From: Selaginella moellendorffii
Lineage: Eukaryota > Plantae > Lycopodiophyta
Assembly: GCF_000143415.4 (NCBI RefSeq)
Contig: NW_003314261.1
Span: 3,836,880-3,900,879, forward strand
Length of the DNA: 64,000 nt
Direction: 5' to 3'
This document shows positions 34,614 to 48,963 of this stretch, piece by piece. The number at the start of each line of letters is the position of its first letter. Positions within the stretch are counted from its first letter, which is position 1. The notes below the pieces were generated by a model that was not told the DNA's origin, did no database searches, and worked only from the letters and a program-made list of their open reading frames with translations. Position numbers and translations under genes: made by a program.

Positions 34614-35486
34614 TCATATGCGAGTGGTGGTGCGCATGGGGTTCCACTTGATCTTTGGAGCTGTGAAACGAGCAGCACACCCATCACCAACACCAAAATC
34701 GAGATAGTGAACACCCCGTTCCTCTCGTCTCTTCACAGCATCGCCCAATGGTACATTCAAGGACCTAGCATTGAGCACCTTCTTCACTGGCTCACACTCG
34801 ATTTTCATGCTAGCGCTCGTCTCAAGCACCTTAAGACTCCTCCGCTGCTGTGACGCCTTTCTTGCTGTGTTGCAAGGCTTGATCGCCCTTGCCACTGTCT
34901 TACTGCTTTCCTTGTTTTCTTTGTGGAGCTCAATCCTCGCGACTTGATCTTTGCAGTGATCCTTGCAGGGTTCTTTGACTGCATATCCCTTCTTGTGCAG
35001 CTTGATCCTCACGATTATAGGACCCCTCGACTTGTCTTGATCCTTGCAGGGTTCCTCTCGGGCATCATTTCTCCTTACCTTCTTGAGGGGTTGGCCATCT
35101 TTGCATTCCTCCTCGCGCTCTCTTTTCTTACTTGCCTCGCCAGCTTCGGCCAAAGCCTCCATGAGCTCGTCGTTGTCAACTATCAGCTCCTTGATGACGG
35201 GCATACCGCCGTGCATCTCCACAAAAGTACTCGCCATCTTTTGCCCTTGATCCTTGCAGGGTTCCTCTCGGATGTCATCTCTCCTTACCTTCTTGAGGGG
35301 TTGCCCATCCTTGTGTTCCTCCTCACGCTCTCTTTTCTTACGTGCCTCGGCAGCCTCGGCCAAAGCCTCCATAAGCTCGTCGTTGTCAACTATCAGCTCC
35401 TTGGTGACGGGCATACCGCCGTGCATCTCCACAAAAGTACTCGCCATCGTTTGCTTCAATCCTTTACCCTGATTTGCAAATGCCAA
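34614..35486 (-). CDS. Orphan charged protein with two 70-aa tandem repeats
   Basis: 290-aa intronless ORF; 210-bp units at 35238-35447 and 35028-35237; basic NLS-like KKRERE/PLKKVRR. Confidence 0.6.
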   Translation of the reverse strand: MAFANQGKGLKQTMASTFVEMHGGMPVTKELIVDNDELMEALAEAAEARKKREREEEHKDGQPLKKVRRDDIREEPCKDQGQKMASTFVEMHGGMPVIKELIVDNDELMEALAEAGEASKKREREEECKDGQPLKKVRRNDAREEPCKDQDKSRGPIIVRIKLHKKGYAVKEPCKDHCKDQVARIELHKENKESSKTVARAIKPCNTARKASQQRRSLKVLETSASMKIECEPVKKVLNARSLNVPLGDAVKRREERGVHYLDFGVGDGCAARFTAPKIKWNPMRTTTRI

Positions 35487-36230
35487 TTTAAAGGGAAGAT
35501 GGACATGGCCCTTAATCTAGACCGTCCAAAACGCCACGCGGCAGAGTTTAACCCTCACGCAAAAGGTTTTGGAAATTTTAAACAAATAAAGCAAAAGGAA
35601 GAAATAATTAAATCTATCAAAAAATGTCATAAAACCAAACAATCCCGAGAACCTTTCGTTCTTCCTGGGAGCATGGTAATTTTCCCTGCTGATTTTGAAA
35701 CAAAACTCTCTGCGATGCAAGAACGGATTCTGGTTGCTTCTAGATGAGCCAAAGATGGACCTTTGAGCTCCGACCCCGGGAGAACGTTTGCGCTGAAGCC
35801 AGCATTCTGGGACTGATAGTCGGGAATGGTGACAAGAACCTGAACTTTCGAGCAGGGCAAGGCCCGAAGAATCGAGGGATGAGCATCACCCTGCAGCGGC
35901 TATGTGCCACTTTTGGTTAAACCTCAAACTTGGGGCACGAGCAAGCAAGACACCCGTAGTCGGCGACAACCACGCCAATCCGAGCCTCCGTGTTGCCTTC
36001 GTCAACACCTTACAACATTTCTGGCTTCCACACATTAAGTAGTGAGTAGTGAGCAGCCTTCTCTGCACAAGATGATCAGCGAGTCCAAAAGCTTTCGTAG
36101 CATCCGAGTGTGAGTCGTACCAAGAGATTGGCGATGGCGCCATTAAGAGTCTTGGAGATTTTTGGGCGCATAAAACTCAGTCCCTCCGAGTGTCTGCTTA
36201 AAAAACTCTAAATCACGATAAATTTCTTGT

Positions 36231-38282
36231 GTGGCTTCTACAGCGTCTTTGAGCACGTGTTTGCAACGATCGAGGCAACAGGCGAGAGGATTTATGAGAT
36301 GCATCGAGCACATCAGACATTGCAAAGATCTAGCGGAGCTCATTAGCATCCAGCGGGATCTTTCGTGCTGCTTGGACGATGTTTATGCGGCGAATCTAAT
36401 GATCCAAGCGTATGGCAAGGTTGGAAGGCCAGACTATGCTCGCCAGGTATTCGATTCCATCGCCAACGACCGAAACGTCTTCTCGTGGAGCTTGATGCTC
36501 TCGGCCTATGCCCAGAACGGGCACCTCCAGCATGCCAGGGAGATATTCGACGCAATGCGAGAGACGAATCTCGTGGAGTGGAACACAATGCTCTCAGCAT
36601 ATTCTCAAACTGGGAATCTTGCGGATGTCCAGGGAATTTTCTTCCAGATGCCGGAACGCAACATCATCTCGTGGAATTCTTTGCTTTCTGCATATGCCCG
36701 GGCGGGGCATATGCAAGTGGCGTTTGAGATCTTTGACAGCATGCGAGAATGGAGTCTAGTTTCGTGGACGGCACTTTTGTCAGCGCCTGTGCAACACCGT
36801 GACTGCAAGCTTGCGTGTTTTGTTTTCTCGTCAATGCCCGAGTGGAACATGTTTTCTTGGAATTTGATGCTTTCTGCGTATTCCCAGGCGCATGGTGTTC
36901 ACAAAGCCGAGAAGTTTTTCCAATCGATGCCCGAGTGGAATGTGGTGTCGTGGAATACAATGCTCGCTGCTTACACCTCCGATGGTTTGATTTCTAAGGC
37001 AAGAGAGTTTTTGCATAGACTAGAGGAGCGAAACATTGCCACATGGAACACCATGCTGTCAGGATTTGCCCAGGTTGGGGATGTGTACAAGGCCGAGCAG
37101 ACTTTTCAAGAGATGACGGAGCGGAATTTGATAACCTGGACAACGATGTTATCTGTCTATACGGAAAACTCTAGGTTAGAGCAAGCAAGAAATGTTCTAT
37201 GTTCAATGCCGGAATGGAATTTACCGGCTTGGAACACCATGCTTACAGCGTATGCCGCATCAGGGCATATGCACCATGCAAGAGAATTGTTTGCTAGAAT
37301 TGGCGGTAGCAACATTGTGACATGGACTGCCATGCTCTTAGGCTACGGTCAAACGTTGAATACCGATAAAGCAAGGGATTGTTTCCAAAGAATGCCGGCA
37401 TGGAACAACGTCGCGTGGAATTCCATGCTGGCGGTGTATGCCAACTCTTTTCATTTGTCACAAGCAAAAGCTTTGTTTGATTCAATGCCAATGCCGGACA
37501 CAGTCTCGTGGACCACTCTTCTCGTTGCTTATGCAAAGCTGGGTCATGTCGAGGAGGCCGAGCAAATGTTTCGCAGTATAAAGGAAAAGGATCTTATCGC
37601 GTGGAACGCGATGCTCGCAGCATATGCCTTAAACGGCTATTTTGCTCGGGCTGCACATATCTTCGTCGCGGAGATGGTCGAAAGGGATATTGTGTCGTGG
37701 AACGTGATGGTGTACATGCGAGGGCTGAACGGACAGACCCAGCAATCCACAAAGTTGTTCCAATCATCCCCAGCAAGGGACATCGTGTCATGGACTGCGT
37801 TGTTGGGTGGATTTGCACAGAACAAGCAGCCGCACCAGTTGATCCAGCTCTTCCACTTCATGAAACTCACGATATCTCCAGACGACGCATGTTTCGCCAG
37901 CATCCTACTCGCATTTACCCACACGGGGGATCTGGAGGGTGGTCGCGGCTGCTTCCGCTCGATGACAATGGATTTCGGCATCGCCGCAACCAAGCAGCAC
38001 TACTGCTGCCTGGTGGATCTTCTCGGCCGCTCGGGATACTTGCAGCAAGCGGAGGAGCTCATCCGCTCAATGCCGTACTCGCCCGATCTCCTCGACTGGA
38101 TGAGCTTGCTGGGATCGTCCCGGAGCCACGGGGATCCCGAGCGAGCAGCAGCGGCGGCGAAGATGGTGTTGGAGCTGGAGCCAAGAAACGCAGCCGCATT
38201 TGTGCTGCTTGCAAACGAATCAAGCACAAGAATCTTTGGTAGAACAACTGAGAGTATTAAAAAGCCACACTTTGCCTTGTGA
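36231..38282 (+). CDS. PLS-class PPR protein with E domain, no DYW
   Basis: Repeated NVVSWNTMLxAY motifs; HYCCLVDLLGRSG..AEELI..MPYSPD; exact start uncertain. Confidence 0.93.
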   Translation: MASTASLSTCLQRSRQQARGFMRCIEHIRHCKDLAELISIQRDLSCCLDDVYAANLMIQAYGKVGRPDYARQVFDSIANDRNVFSWSLMLSAYAQNGHLQHAREIFDAMRETNLVEWNTMLSAYSQTGNLADVQGIFFQMPERNIISWNSLLSAYARAGHMQVAFEIFDSMREWSLVSWTALLSAPVQHRDCKLACFVFSSMPEWNMFSWNLMLSAYSQAHGVHKAEKFFQSMPEWNVVSWNTMLAAYTSDGLISKAREFLHRLEERNIATWNTMLSGFAQVGDVYKAEQTFQEMTERNLITWTTMLSVYTENSRLEQARNVLCSMPEWNLPAWNTMLTAYAASGHMHHARELFARIGGSNIVTWTAMLLGYGQTLNTDKARDCFQRMPAWNNVAWNSMLAVYANSFHLSQAKALFDSMPMPDTVSWTTLLVAYAKLGHVEEAEQMFRSIKEKDLIAWNAMLAAYALNGYFARAAHIFVAEMVERDIVSWNVMVYMRGLNGQTQQSTKLFQSSPARDIVSWTALLGGFAQNKQPHQLIQLFHFMKLTISPDDACFASILLAFTHTGDLEGGRGCFRSMTMDFGIAATKQHYCCLVDLLGRSGYLQQAEELIRSMPYSPDLLDWMSLLGSSRSHGDPERAAAAAKMVLELEPRNAAAFVLLANESSTRIFGRTTESIKKPHFAL

Positions 38283-38479
38283 ATTTGTGACCAACCAATG
38301 TGGGGAACACAATCGATTAAAGCGAAGATTTTTTTACCCATGAAGAAACTTTGATAAAGCGTTCAGTTGTGTAGATCATGTGTCGGTGATGTGATGGATT
38401 CCTCCTTCGAAGAAATAATACTATTATAGGTACGAACATGTATCGTTCTATATCGATCACAGTGGGCCCATACACGCAC

Positions 38480-38560
38480 CGGACGCGGTGGAGTCCTCCG
38501 CGTGTGGGCATCCCATTTGCCCACGCGTCGCCACATCGTTGGCTCTGGGCTCCTATATAG
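38480..38560 (+). promoter_or_regulatory. Dehydrin promoter: CGCG/CE3-like boxes and TATA
   Basis: GACGCGG, CCGCGTGT and CACGCGTC within ~75 bp upstream of CTATATAG. Confidence 0.5.
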
Positions 38561-38691
38561 TCTCGCGAGCCGGCCATTGGAGGAGTATCAAGTCCAGGAG
38601 TTCTCATTGGTGTGGATCAAAGTTCGTTGGGTTGAGAAAGTTCTTAGTAATCTTTGCTTCATAGTTTTTGCTCTCTAGTTTTTGTTTCACA

Positions 38692-39012
38692 ATGTCGATG
38701 ATGGAGAAGATCAGCGAGACGCTCCACATTGGCGGGCACAAGAAGGAGGAGGAGCACAAGAAGGAGGACAAGGCCCACGCCGCCGGCGAGCACAAAGGCC
38801 ACGACCATCCGGCGGGGGTTCCTTGCTCCGGATCCGGGGCGGTGCCTCCTCCAGCGGCCGCGGGGTACAAGAAGGACGAGGAGCACAAGGCCGGGGAGGA
38901 GAAGAAGCACGAAGGGTTCATGGAGAAGATCAAGAAGAAGAAGAAGGACCGCAAGGAGCGCAAGGAAGGCGAGGGCAAGGGCAGCAGCAGCAGCAGCAGC
39001 GATTCGGACTAG
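38692..39012 (+). CDS. KS-type dehydrin (HIRD11/SRC1-like)
   Basis: MEKISETLHIGGHK N-terminus, K-segment-like HEGFMEKIKKK, C-terminal SSSSSSDSD. Confidence 0.9.
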   Translation: MSMMEKISETLHIGGHKKEEEHKKEDKAHAAGEHKGHDHPAGVPCSGSGAVPPPAAAGYKKDEEHKAGEEKKHEGFMEKIKKKKKDRKERKEGEGKGSSSSSSDSD

Positions 39013-39286
39013 AGATTGTTTGTGATCTTTAGTCCCGTGAGCACAAGAATTGCTACTATTGCTCCTTGCTCGTGGGTGTTTTGGTTTGATCTGTGTACAA
39101 AATGGATAAAAAGGAAGAAAACCTCTGTTTTGTTTGATATCCCATCCAGTGGTTTGAAGAGGATCGAGACCATTTGATCCGAGAGCTCTGTACCGGATAG
39201 GAAGAGATCTACTATTGTTTGCACAAGCGATTGGACCCACCTCCTCCAAAAAGTGATTGTTCAGTTCTATCTGATCTGTGGATAAC

Positions 39287-41362
39287 TTATTGTCCCGGCT
39301 TGTGCAATTCGGACAGCAAAACCAGAGTCCCGGACGAACTAACTCGCGCAGACGCTGACGATGGCGACGACCCGTCCGCCCAGAAAAGCTTTGGATCGAT
39401 CATCTCATCTCCAGTGCTTCCACGCAATCGCATTCGATGGTTCTTGCAAGCGCCCAAGAACGCCGTCCACGCGACGCGAGTCGGCTCAAACGGCATCGTC
39501 TCCAGTAGCTCCTCCGCGCGTTTCAGCTGCCCTCCGCGAGCAAGCATGTCAACCACAATGCAGTAGTGCTCCAGGTTGGCCGACAAGCCCCTGTCTGCGA
39601 TCATCGACAGGAAGTAACCCCTGCCGGCTTTGATCCAGCCGGCGTGGCTGCATGCCATGAGCACGCTCACCATCGTCATCTCCTCCGCCTCCACCCCGTC
39701 CATTTGCATCGAGCAGACGAGCTCGAGTGCGTCGCGGTAGCAGCCATTGAGCGCGCACGCGTTGATGATCGCGTTCCACAGGGGCAGCTCCTCCGCTCCA
39801 AGCTGCAGCGCGTCGAAAATCCTCCTCGCACGATCGACCATCCCGTTCTGCGAGCAGCAGGCGATGATCGAACACCAGGTGATGGCGTCCCTCTCCGGCA
39901 TGAGCTCGTGGATGAATCTCAACGCGGAGTAAATTTGCCCCGCATGGGCAAATGCTGAGGCCATTGCCGTCCACGAGACAAGATCCCTCCTTGGCATTTT
40001 CTCAAACAAATCCTCCGCTTCATTCACTCTCGAGAACCTCGCATACGCAGCGATCATCGCGTTGCATGCCACCAGATCCTTCTCTCGCATGGAATCGAAC
40101 ACTACGCGCGCGTACTCCAGATCCCCGCCTTGGGTAAATGCGGTAAGCATGATCGTCCATGTCACGACGCTCTTCTCCGCCTCGGCCATCATCTCAAACA
40201 GCGCTCTCGCCTCCCGCAGCTCGCCATAGTCGACGTATCCCGCAATCACAGCATTCCACGCCATGGGCAGGCGATTGGGCATCCGATCCAGCAGCGCCCT
40301 CGCCTCCGCCAATCGCCCAACACGACTCAGCGCCGCGATCACGATCGTCCAGGACGCCGCGTCGCGCACTGGCATCGAATCAAAGAGCTTCTTTGCATCG
40401 TCCAGAAGCCCATTGTGGGCGAATCCCCACATCATCGTGTTCCACACGATCTTGCTCCACTCGGGCATTTTGTCAAACAATCTCTTGGCCTCGCCGATTT
40501 CCCTGTTGTCAGCGTGGGAGAGAATCATAGCCGTCCACGTCACGGTATCTCTCTGGGGCATCTTGTCAAAGATTCCCCTCGCGTTGGCGGTATCCCCTCT
40601 CTGGGTATATGCCGTGACAAGCGTTGTCCACGACACTACGTTGGGCTCTGGCATCTCGTTAAAGATCCGGTGTGTCGATTCCAGATCCCCTTCCCGAGAA
40701 TATGTCGACATCATGGCATTCCACGACGTGGCATTGCGCTCGGGCATGGAATAAAACATGCGCTTGCTCTCTCGAAGATTCCCAGCCTGGGAATATGCTG
40801 CTATCATGCTGTTCCACGAGGCCACATCGCGCTCGTCCATCGAATCAAACAGCTGACGTGCCTCGACAATCCGACCGTTCTGCGCAAATGCAGCAACCAT
40901 GGCATTCCACGTCACCACGGTCTTGGCCGGCATCTTGTCAAAGATTCCCTTAGCCTCGTGCAGATGCCCAGTCTGGGCATATGCCGCCACCATGGCTGTG
41001 GACGCGACGATGGAATATGCCTGGGGCATTGCATCAAAGGCCCGCCTCGCTTCTTTCAGAAACCCATTTCTAGCGTAAGCTCCGATGATCATGTTCCAGG
41101 AGAATACATTGGGCTGAGAGATGGAGTCGAAAGTTCGTCTCGCGTCCACGACACTGCCAATCTTGCCATAGACTTCGATGAAGAGATTGGAGAGGTACCT
41201 GTCGTGGCGGAAGTGAGTTGCCTGGACGCGGGAGTGGAGGAGTCGCGCATCCGCGAGATCGCCACAGCCGCGGATCGACGCTGCCAGAGCTCTCTGCCGC
41301 TCATCTCGTTCGGCAAAGTCTTGGAGCGCGACCGCCTTGGCTTGATCTCCATGAGTTGCCAT
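39287..41362 (-). CDS. PLS-class PPR protein with E domain, no DYW
   Basis: 691-aa intronless ORF; PPR repeats; HYCIVVDMLARGG..MPFEP..WTAFLGAC. Confidence 0.93.
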   Translation of the reverse strand: MATHGDQAKAVALQDFAERDERQRALAASIRGCGDLADARLLHSRVQATHFRHDRYLSNLFIEVYGKIGSVVDARRTFDSISQPNVFSWNMIIGAYARNGFLKEARRAFDAMPQAYSIVASTAMVAAYAQTGHLHEAKGIFDKMPAKTVVTWNAMVAAFAQNGRIVEARQLFDSMDERDVASWNSMIAAYSQAGNLRESKRMFYSMPERNATSWNAMMSTYSREGDLESTHRIFNEMPEPNVVSWTTLVTAYTQRGDTANARGIFDKMPQRDTVTWTAMILSHADNREIGEAKRLFDKMPEWSKIVWNTMMWGFAHNGLLDDAKKLFDSMPVRDAASWTIVIAALSRVGRLAEARALLDRMPNRLPMAWNAVIAGYVDYGELREARALFEMMAEAEKSVVTWTIMLTAFTQGGDLEYARVVFDSMREKDLVACNAMIAAYARFSRVNEAEDLFEKMPRRDLVSWTAMASAFAHAGQIYSALRFIHELMPERDAITWCSIIACCSQNGMVDRARRIFDALQLGAEELPLWNAIINACALNGCYRDALELVCSMQMDGVEAEEMTMVSVLMACSHAGWIKAGRGYFLSMIADRGLSANLEHYCIVVDMLARGGQLKRAEELLETMPFEPTRVAWTAFLGACKNHRMRLRGSTGDEMIDPKLFWADGSSPSSASARVSSSGTLVLLSELHKPGQ

Positions 41363-41726
41363 TCCATGACTACACGAACTTTAAAACTTTCCACTCCCGG
41401 GACTACACACGCAAAAACGTTTGGTTAGCGCCAAGATAAAGAACTTCCATAGCTTTTGTGTTCTATACCTCGTTCTAGCAGCTGCTTTGTAAGCTCCCAT
41501 CCAAGCTTGGAGAAACGAAGACACGAAAACAAACGTCTCAGTACCAGAATCCAGAACCACGAAGCCTATCGACAAACAGGCAAGACCACGAATGCAAGCC
41601 CAAGATCTAGAAACTAAGAACGTAAGTTAAAGAGTTCTCCAAACAATCACGCCACCGGACTAGCGAGGTGGAGAGAGCTAGAAAGATGGACAAGCGAGAA
41701 AGGGAGGAGTTAACAAACATGGTATC

Positions 41727-44700
41727 CTAGCTGCGTATCTCGCCGTCTTCGCCGACCTCCCCGTCCTCCAGTTCCTCGGTGCTCCGCCGCTCCCGCTTTT
41801 GCCGTTTCGGCTTGGCCTCGGCATCAGAATCAGAGTCATGGCCATGCTGGCGAAGAAGCGAAAGTTAGAGACTGAAAGTTCCTGGAAAATAACCGACGCT
41901 TACCCTCCTTGAAGATCGTCTGTGCTCGTGTCCATGCTTCCGGGATTTCCTAGCCTCGTCCCTGTCATCTCTGTCGGATCCATCGTCGCTGCTTGCGCTC
42001 CTGTGACGCCTTCTGTGCCTTTTTTCTTTGTCACGGTCCCTGTCCTTGTCCTTCTTCTTTTCTTCTTTACTGAGCGCTGGTTCACCATCCTCGTTACGAT
42101 CCTTCTTGCTGCTCTTGTCTTTCTTCCGCTCCTTATCTTTGTCGTCTTTACTGTCTTTATCTTTGTCCTTCTGGAACGAGGGCAATTGAGTCCAGCATTA
42201 CCAAGGATACCTTATGCACATACCTTTTCCTCCTTCTCTCGCTTGCGATCTTTTTCCTTGAGTTTCTGTTGCAAATGAGCTACGTGCTCATCGAAAAGCT
42301 TTCTCAGCACCACCTCGTCATCAATAGCCCTGCAGTACAACTCGAAACCGGTAAATAATTTGAGAAGATTCTACACGTACCTAAACTCCACCGTCTCCTG
42401 TAGCAACGGTTTGGACTCTTCCCAGTTAGATGTAGCCGTTATTGTCTGCAAGAAAATTTCATTAACTTTCCCAGCCAATCTATCACCGGAAACCTTGTTT
42501 GATCGGAGTAGAGTAGAGAACTCCTCAGCTAAGCGTCGCCGTTTCTTAGCCTCCTTTTCTTCTTTCTCCTTTAGTCGTTCGAGAGCGTCTTCAAAAGCTA
42601 GCTGTTTTGCGTGTTTGTGTCAGAAAAGGAGAGAAAGACTGGAAAGTTACTCACCTTTATATGCAGTTCAGATATCGCCGTCAAGTCACCTGCCTCGGCT
42701 AGTGCAGCCTTGAAATCGTCGTAAGTGGTTGTCGGTACCACCGTAATCTACAGATGATAATTGATAAATACAAATTACTATAAAAAGAAGCGTGCTACCT
42801 TTCCGACCTTCATGATTTCTTTGATCTTGGCCTTGTCTTCGAGATACTGTTCAAAAGAAAACGTTTCATTACAAACTAAGATGGACATTCTGACTAACCA
42901 GCTTGTCAAGCTCCTCCAGGACATCCATAAAAAGTTCCTTCGGTGTCGAACCCGACAGATTAGTACATATTGCCTGATAAGCAGGATGCTCTTTGATCTG
43001 CGAAGAAATCGTCAAATGTTAAACTGACGCAAATTTCTTTTACCTTAGCTAAGTAGTCTCGCCATGGGCACCTTGCAACCAATATTCCTGCTGCTTTGTG
43101 AGATTCCAAGAGACTTCTAAACTCGTCCCGATTCTTACGCTCTTTCCGGCGTATTTGTTCCTGCGGAAAAGCCAACATTATTGTCAGAAGCTAAAGAAAA
43201 TAATCTCTATCCCAACCTTTTGCATTTTCTTTTCTTCTTCCTCTTCCTTTTCCAAATCACGAATATATTCCTTCAAAATTCACAAGTTCGTGTTAGTTTG
43301 CACTTAAAAAAATGTAGCGAGAACCTGAAAGACTTCTAAGCGGTCCATTTTATCTAATCGGCTCCAGCGCTCGTCGTCATCGAGTTTATCCTGAATTTTC
43401 CTCCAATGGGAATTTACCTATACATACAGTGAGTAAGAGGATTAAAGCACCACTACAAATACCTTAATAAAATCACAGGACTCGAGGTAACTTCTGAAGT
43501 CCGCGCGACTTTTCTTTTTCTCCTCCCGAGCCTTGTCTCGCTCCTGAAATTCAAATGTCAAATAAAAAACGAAAGAAAATTCAATGAAAAATTTACTTTG
43601 CGCTCCAGGTCCAGCAAATAGTCGTCAAAAAGATCTTCACGCTCTCGCTCTTTATCCACGGCATGAAAACGTGGGTCACTTTCAAAAAGAGATACGACCT
43701 TGCTGTAGAAATAAAACGTTATGTAAAACAAAGCAACCAATTAAATCTCCTGACCTCCAACGCATGGCTGATGTCAACTCCTTGGATTCCTAAGCAGACA
43801 CAAATTGTTGCCGAGGCAAAACATGTAAGCTGACAGATACCAGAGCAACAAAACTTACTTCCAACATCTTTATAAAATCTTCACGTGCTTTCTTTTGTTT
43901 TAAACGCTTTTCTTCAAGATCCAACTTTTTTCTTTGCGCAAGATACTGCGAGATGGCAGAATAAAACAGTTTGATACAATCTACAAAATTTAAGGTTACC
44001 TCGTTGAAAGCTTGCTTGCGTTCACCTAAAGATTTCAAGGCACCATACCGTTTGTCATTTATAATTACGCGCATAGCCTGAAATATAGTAAATGTTAAAT
44101 TTCATGTTAGCGACGAAGAAAAAGTTATCAAACCTGATCCCACGTCCAATCGGATTGAACGTGCATGGCTTCCAAAAGTTCTTTAAAGGCGCTTTTTGCC
44201 TCCTGAATATGAAGTTAGAAGCAAGCTTGCAATCATTAGAGCGTACATTTTTTGTCGCATAAGAAATCAAAGGCTCCTCCGTGGAAAATGACTTTCCCTC
44301 TGAAACTGGAGCAATATTGATCTTACCAATCGATGGTAACGATTTTTTTGCTTCCTGAGGATACTCAAACCTCAGAATACATAAGAAACCGCATTTACTG
44401 CCTACCTCCAGATCCTGTTGTGTCTGTTGTGTCTCCTCGGTAGCCTCAGCAACGTCAGCGCCAGACCTACAGAACATCAGTGAGTTTTAACGGATACAAA
44501 CCACCAAATGGACATACCCTGCAAGAGGCGCTGGAGACGGGGTTCCTGTAGCGGCAGGGGTGAGGGTCTGAGCTACAGGAGCTACAACAGGAGAAGAAGG
44601 AAGAGGAGAAGAAAGTAAAGGTGACGGTGCCGATATACCGGGAGCAGTTTCCATCTTAGCGACTCCCATATACCCCCTATCCGCCTGCTCGCGAGCTACC

Positions 44701-45617
44701 TGCACAAAACAACAATGTAAAACGCAAAGGCTGAAAGTCTGAGACATACTCTCATTTCCTCGGGCATTGTCCATGTAGACTGCCTCGTCAACTTGTTGTA
44801 ATAATATCTAGAAATCGAAGTGCTCATCAGCATTGAAATATGCAAGAAAACCTCATTAACTTACTTTCTGCTATCAGCAGTCACGAACTCTTTCCAAACA
44901 GTTGAAGCATCAGCTCGCTAAAAGGGAAACACACAAACGTAAGTCCCTGAGAGAAAAAAACTCAAGAAAAACTTAACCTCGGTCGGAGTCATCAACTCGT
45001 CTGGCTTTTCCCAGCTCGACTGCTTAGTCCGCTTATTGTAATAATACCTTCAGGGCAAGAAACCAAAACCATGAGTAAAAAGGCCGAGAACTCAAACATT
45101 TAAAGACCAACCTTCTCCCGTCAGGAGAAAAATGCTCCTGCCATTCAGAAGCTCTCTGTAGCAGCACCGATAAAAGCAGAAGCAAAAAACAAATCAGCAC
45201 TCGCACTAAAGTAGCGGGGATCAAAGAAAAACTTACGGATCCTGGAGGTGGTACGCCCGAATGCAGACCTTGTGCCATACCATTGTTAGTTTGTCCTGCG
45301 TTTACTGGATAAGACTGAAGAAGCTGACCCGGATTCCCGACCTGATAAGAGCCTGGATACGCATTGCCTTGTTGAGGAAAGGGAACGGCAGATCCATACT
45401 GCGAGAGCGAGCAAAAGAATAGAAAACAAAGGGAAGACATAAGATAAGAGAAAGAGCCAAGGCAAACAAAAAAAAAGCAAAGCATACATACCATTCCAGG
45501 AGGTCCTTGAGGAGGTCTCTGTGGCTGAGCGAAAGGACCAGAGGCCTGATTGGGACGCATTTGCATTGGGGGAGGATAGGCAGCTTGCGAAGACATGGGG
45601 GGCGGGACGTTGCTCAT
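41727..45617 (-). CDS. PRP40: Pre-mRNA-processing protein 40 (WW plus FF domains), many exons
   Basis: [21 protein letters not shown], second [25 protein letters not shown]-terminal [13 protein letters not shown]. Confidence 0.9.
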
Positions 45618-46086
45618 CTTCTCGGCTCACAGCATTGGCTGCAAGCAATCCAAGGACGCGGACGGAAACCTAAGCTCCAGAGAGAGATCTCTAGGCGCGG
45701 CGCGAGTCGCAATACACACCTGGAGATTCATAGCGCCCGCCCCAGCTGCCCAGCGCCTACGCCGATCATGCTCCTCTTCGCGCGACTGATCTCTCGAGAA
45801 AATTAGGGCTCCTGCTCTATTCCTTAGTATATTCCCCTTTCTTCTTCCAATAGATTTTTTAAAGCTGGACACACACAAAGAAATCTAAAGAGAGTGGAGA
45901 CTCTTTCCCGCGCCAAAACTGCTGTGTTCTAGATCGCGCCAGCACAGTGCTACAAACTAAAAGAGTCTTCGAAACAAAAAAGCCTGGCAAAACTGTGAGG
46001 AGCTCATACTCAAAACTCAAAACGATCGATCGATGGTTCTCTCCTTTTTTTTTTCTTCCTTTTTGCTTGTCGTCGGCTGGGGTGCT

Positions 46087-48591
<2,505 letters not shown>

Positions 48592-48963
48592 GAGATGGAT
48601 CGATCGATCGCCGCCAAGGGCCGGAGCCTAGCCTCTAGGGTTTTGAGGCAGCTAGAACTACAGTATAGTCTTCCCTCCACACTTGGTTTATCACTATAGC
48701 CCCGTAAGCGGCGGGCCGTGTCCGTTCCTCTGGCGGGACGAGATCTAGACCGTCGATCAACACATTCCGGAATCTTCGCGCGTGGAGGTACGTTTCCAAG
48801 GATCAAGGAATGAAGATGAAGCGCGACACGACGACCGATGACAAAGAAAAAAGAAGAAAGTTTAGAAAGGAAGGATTTTTTTTGCTCTTCGTTTGATTAC
48901 TGTGGAGGATACGAACTTCCAGTGTCAGCAAGGAGGAAAAACGAAAATTCTGGTGACGAACCT

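Noticed and set aside
34923-35747. 274-aa plus-strand ORF
   Set aside because: Antisense shadow of the repeat ORF
40130-41428. 432-aa plus-strand ORF
   Set aside because: Antisense shadow of the PPR gene caused by codon bias; the same applies to ORFs opposite gag, the FAD oxidase and 56369-57157
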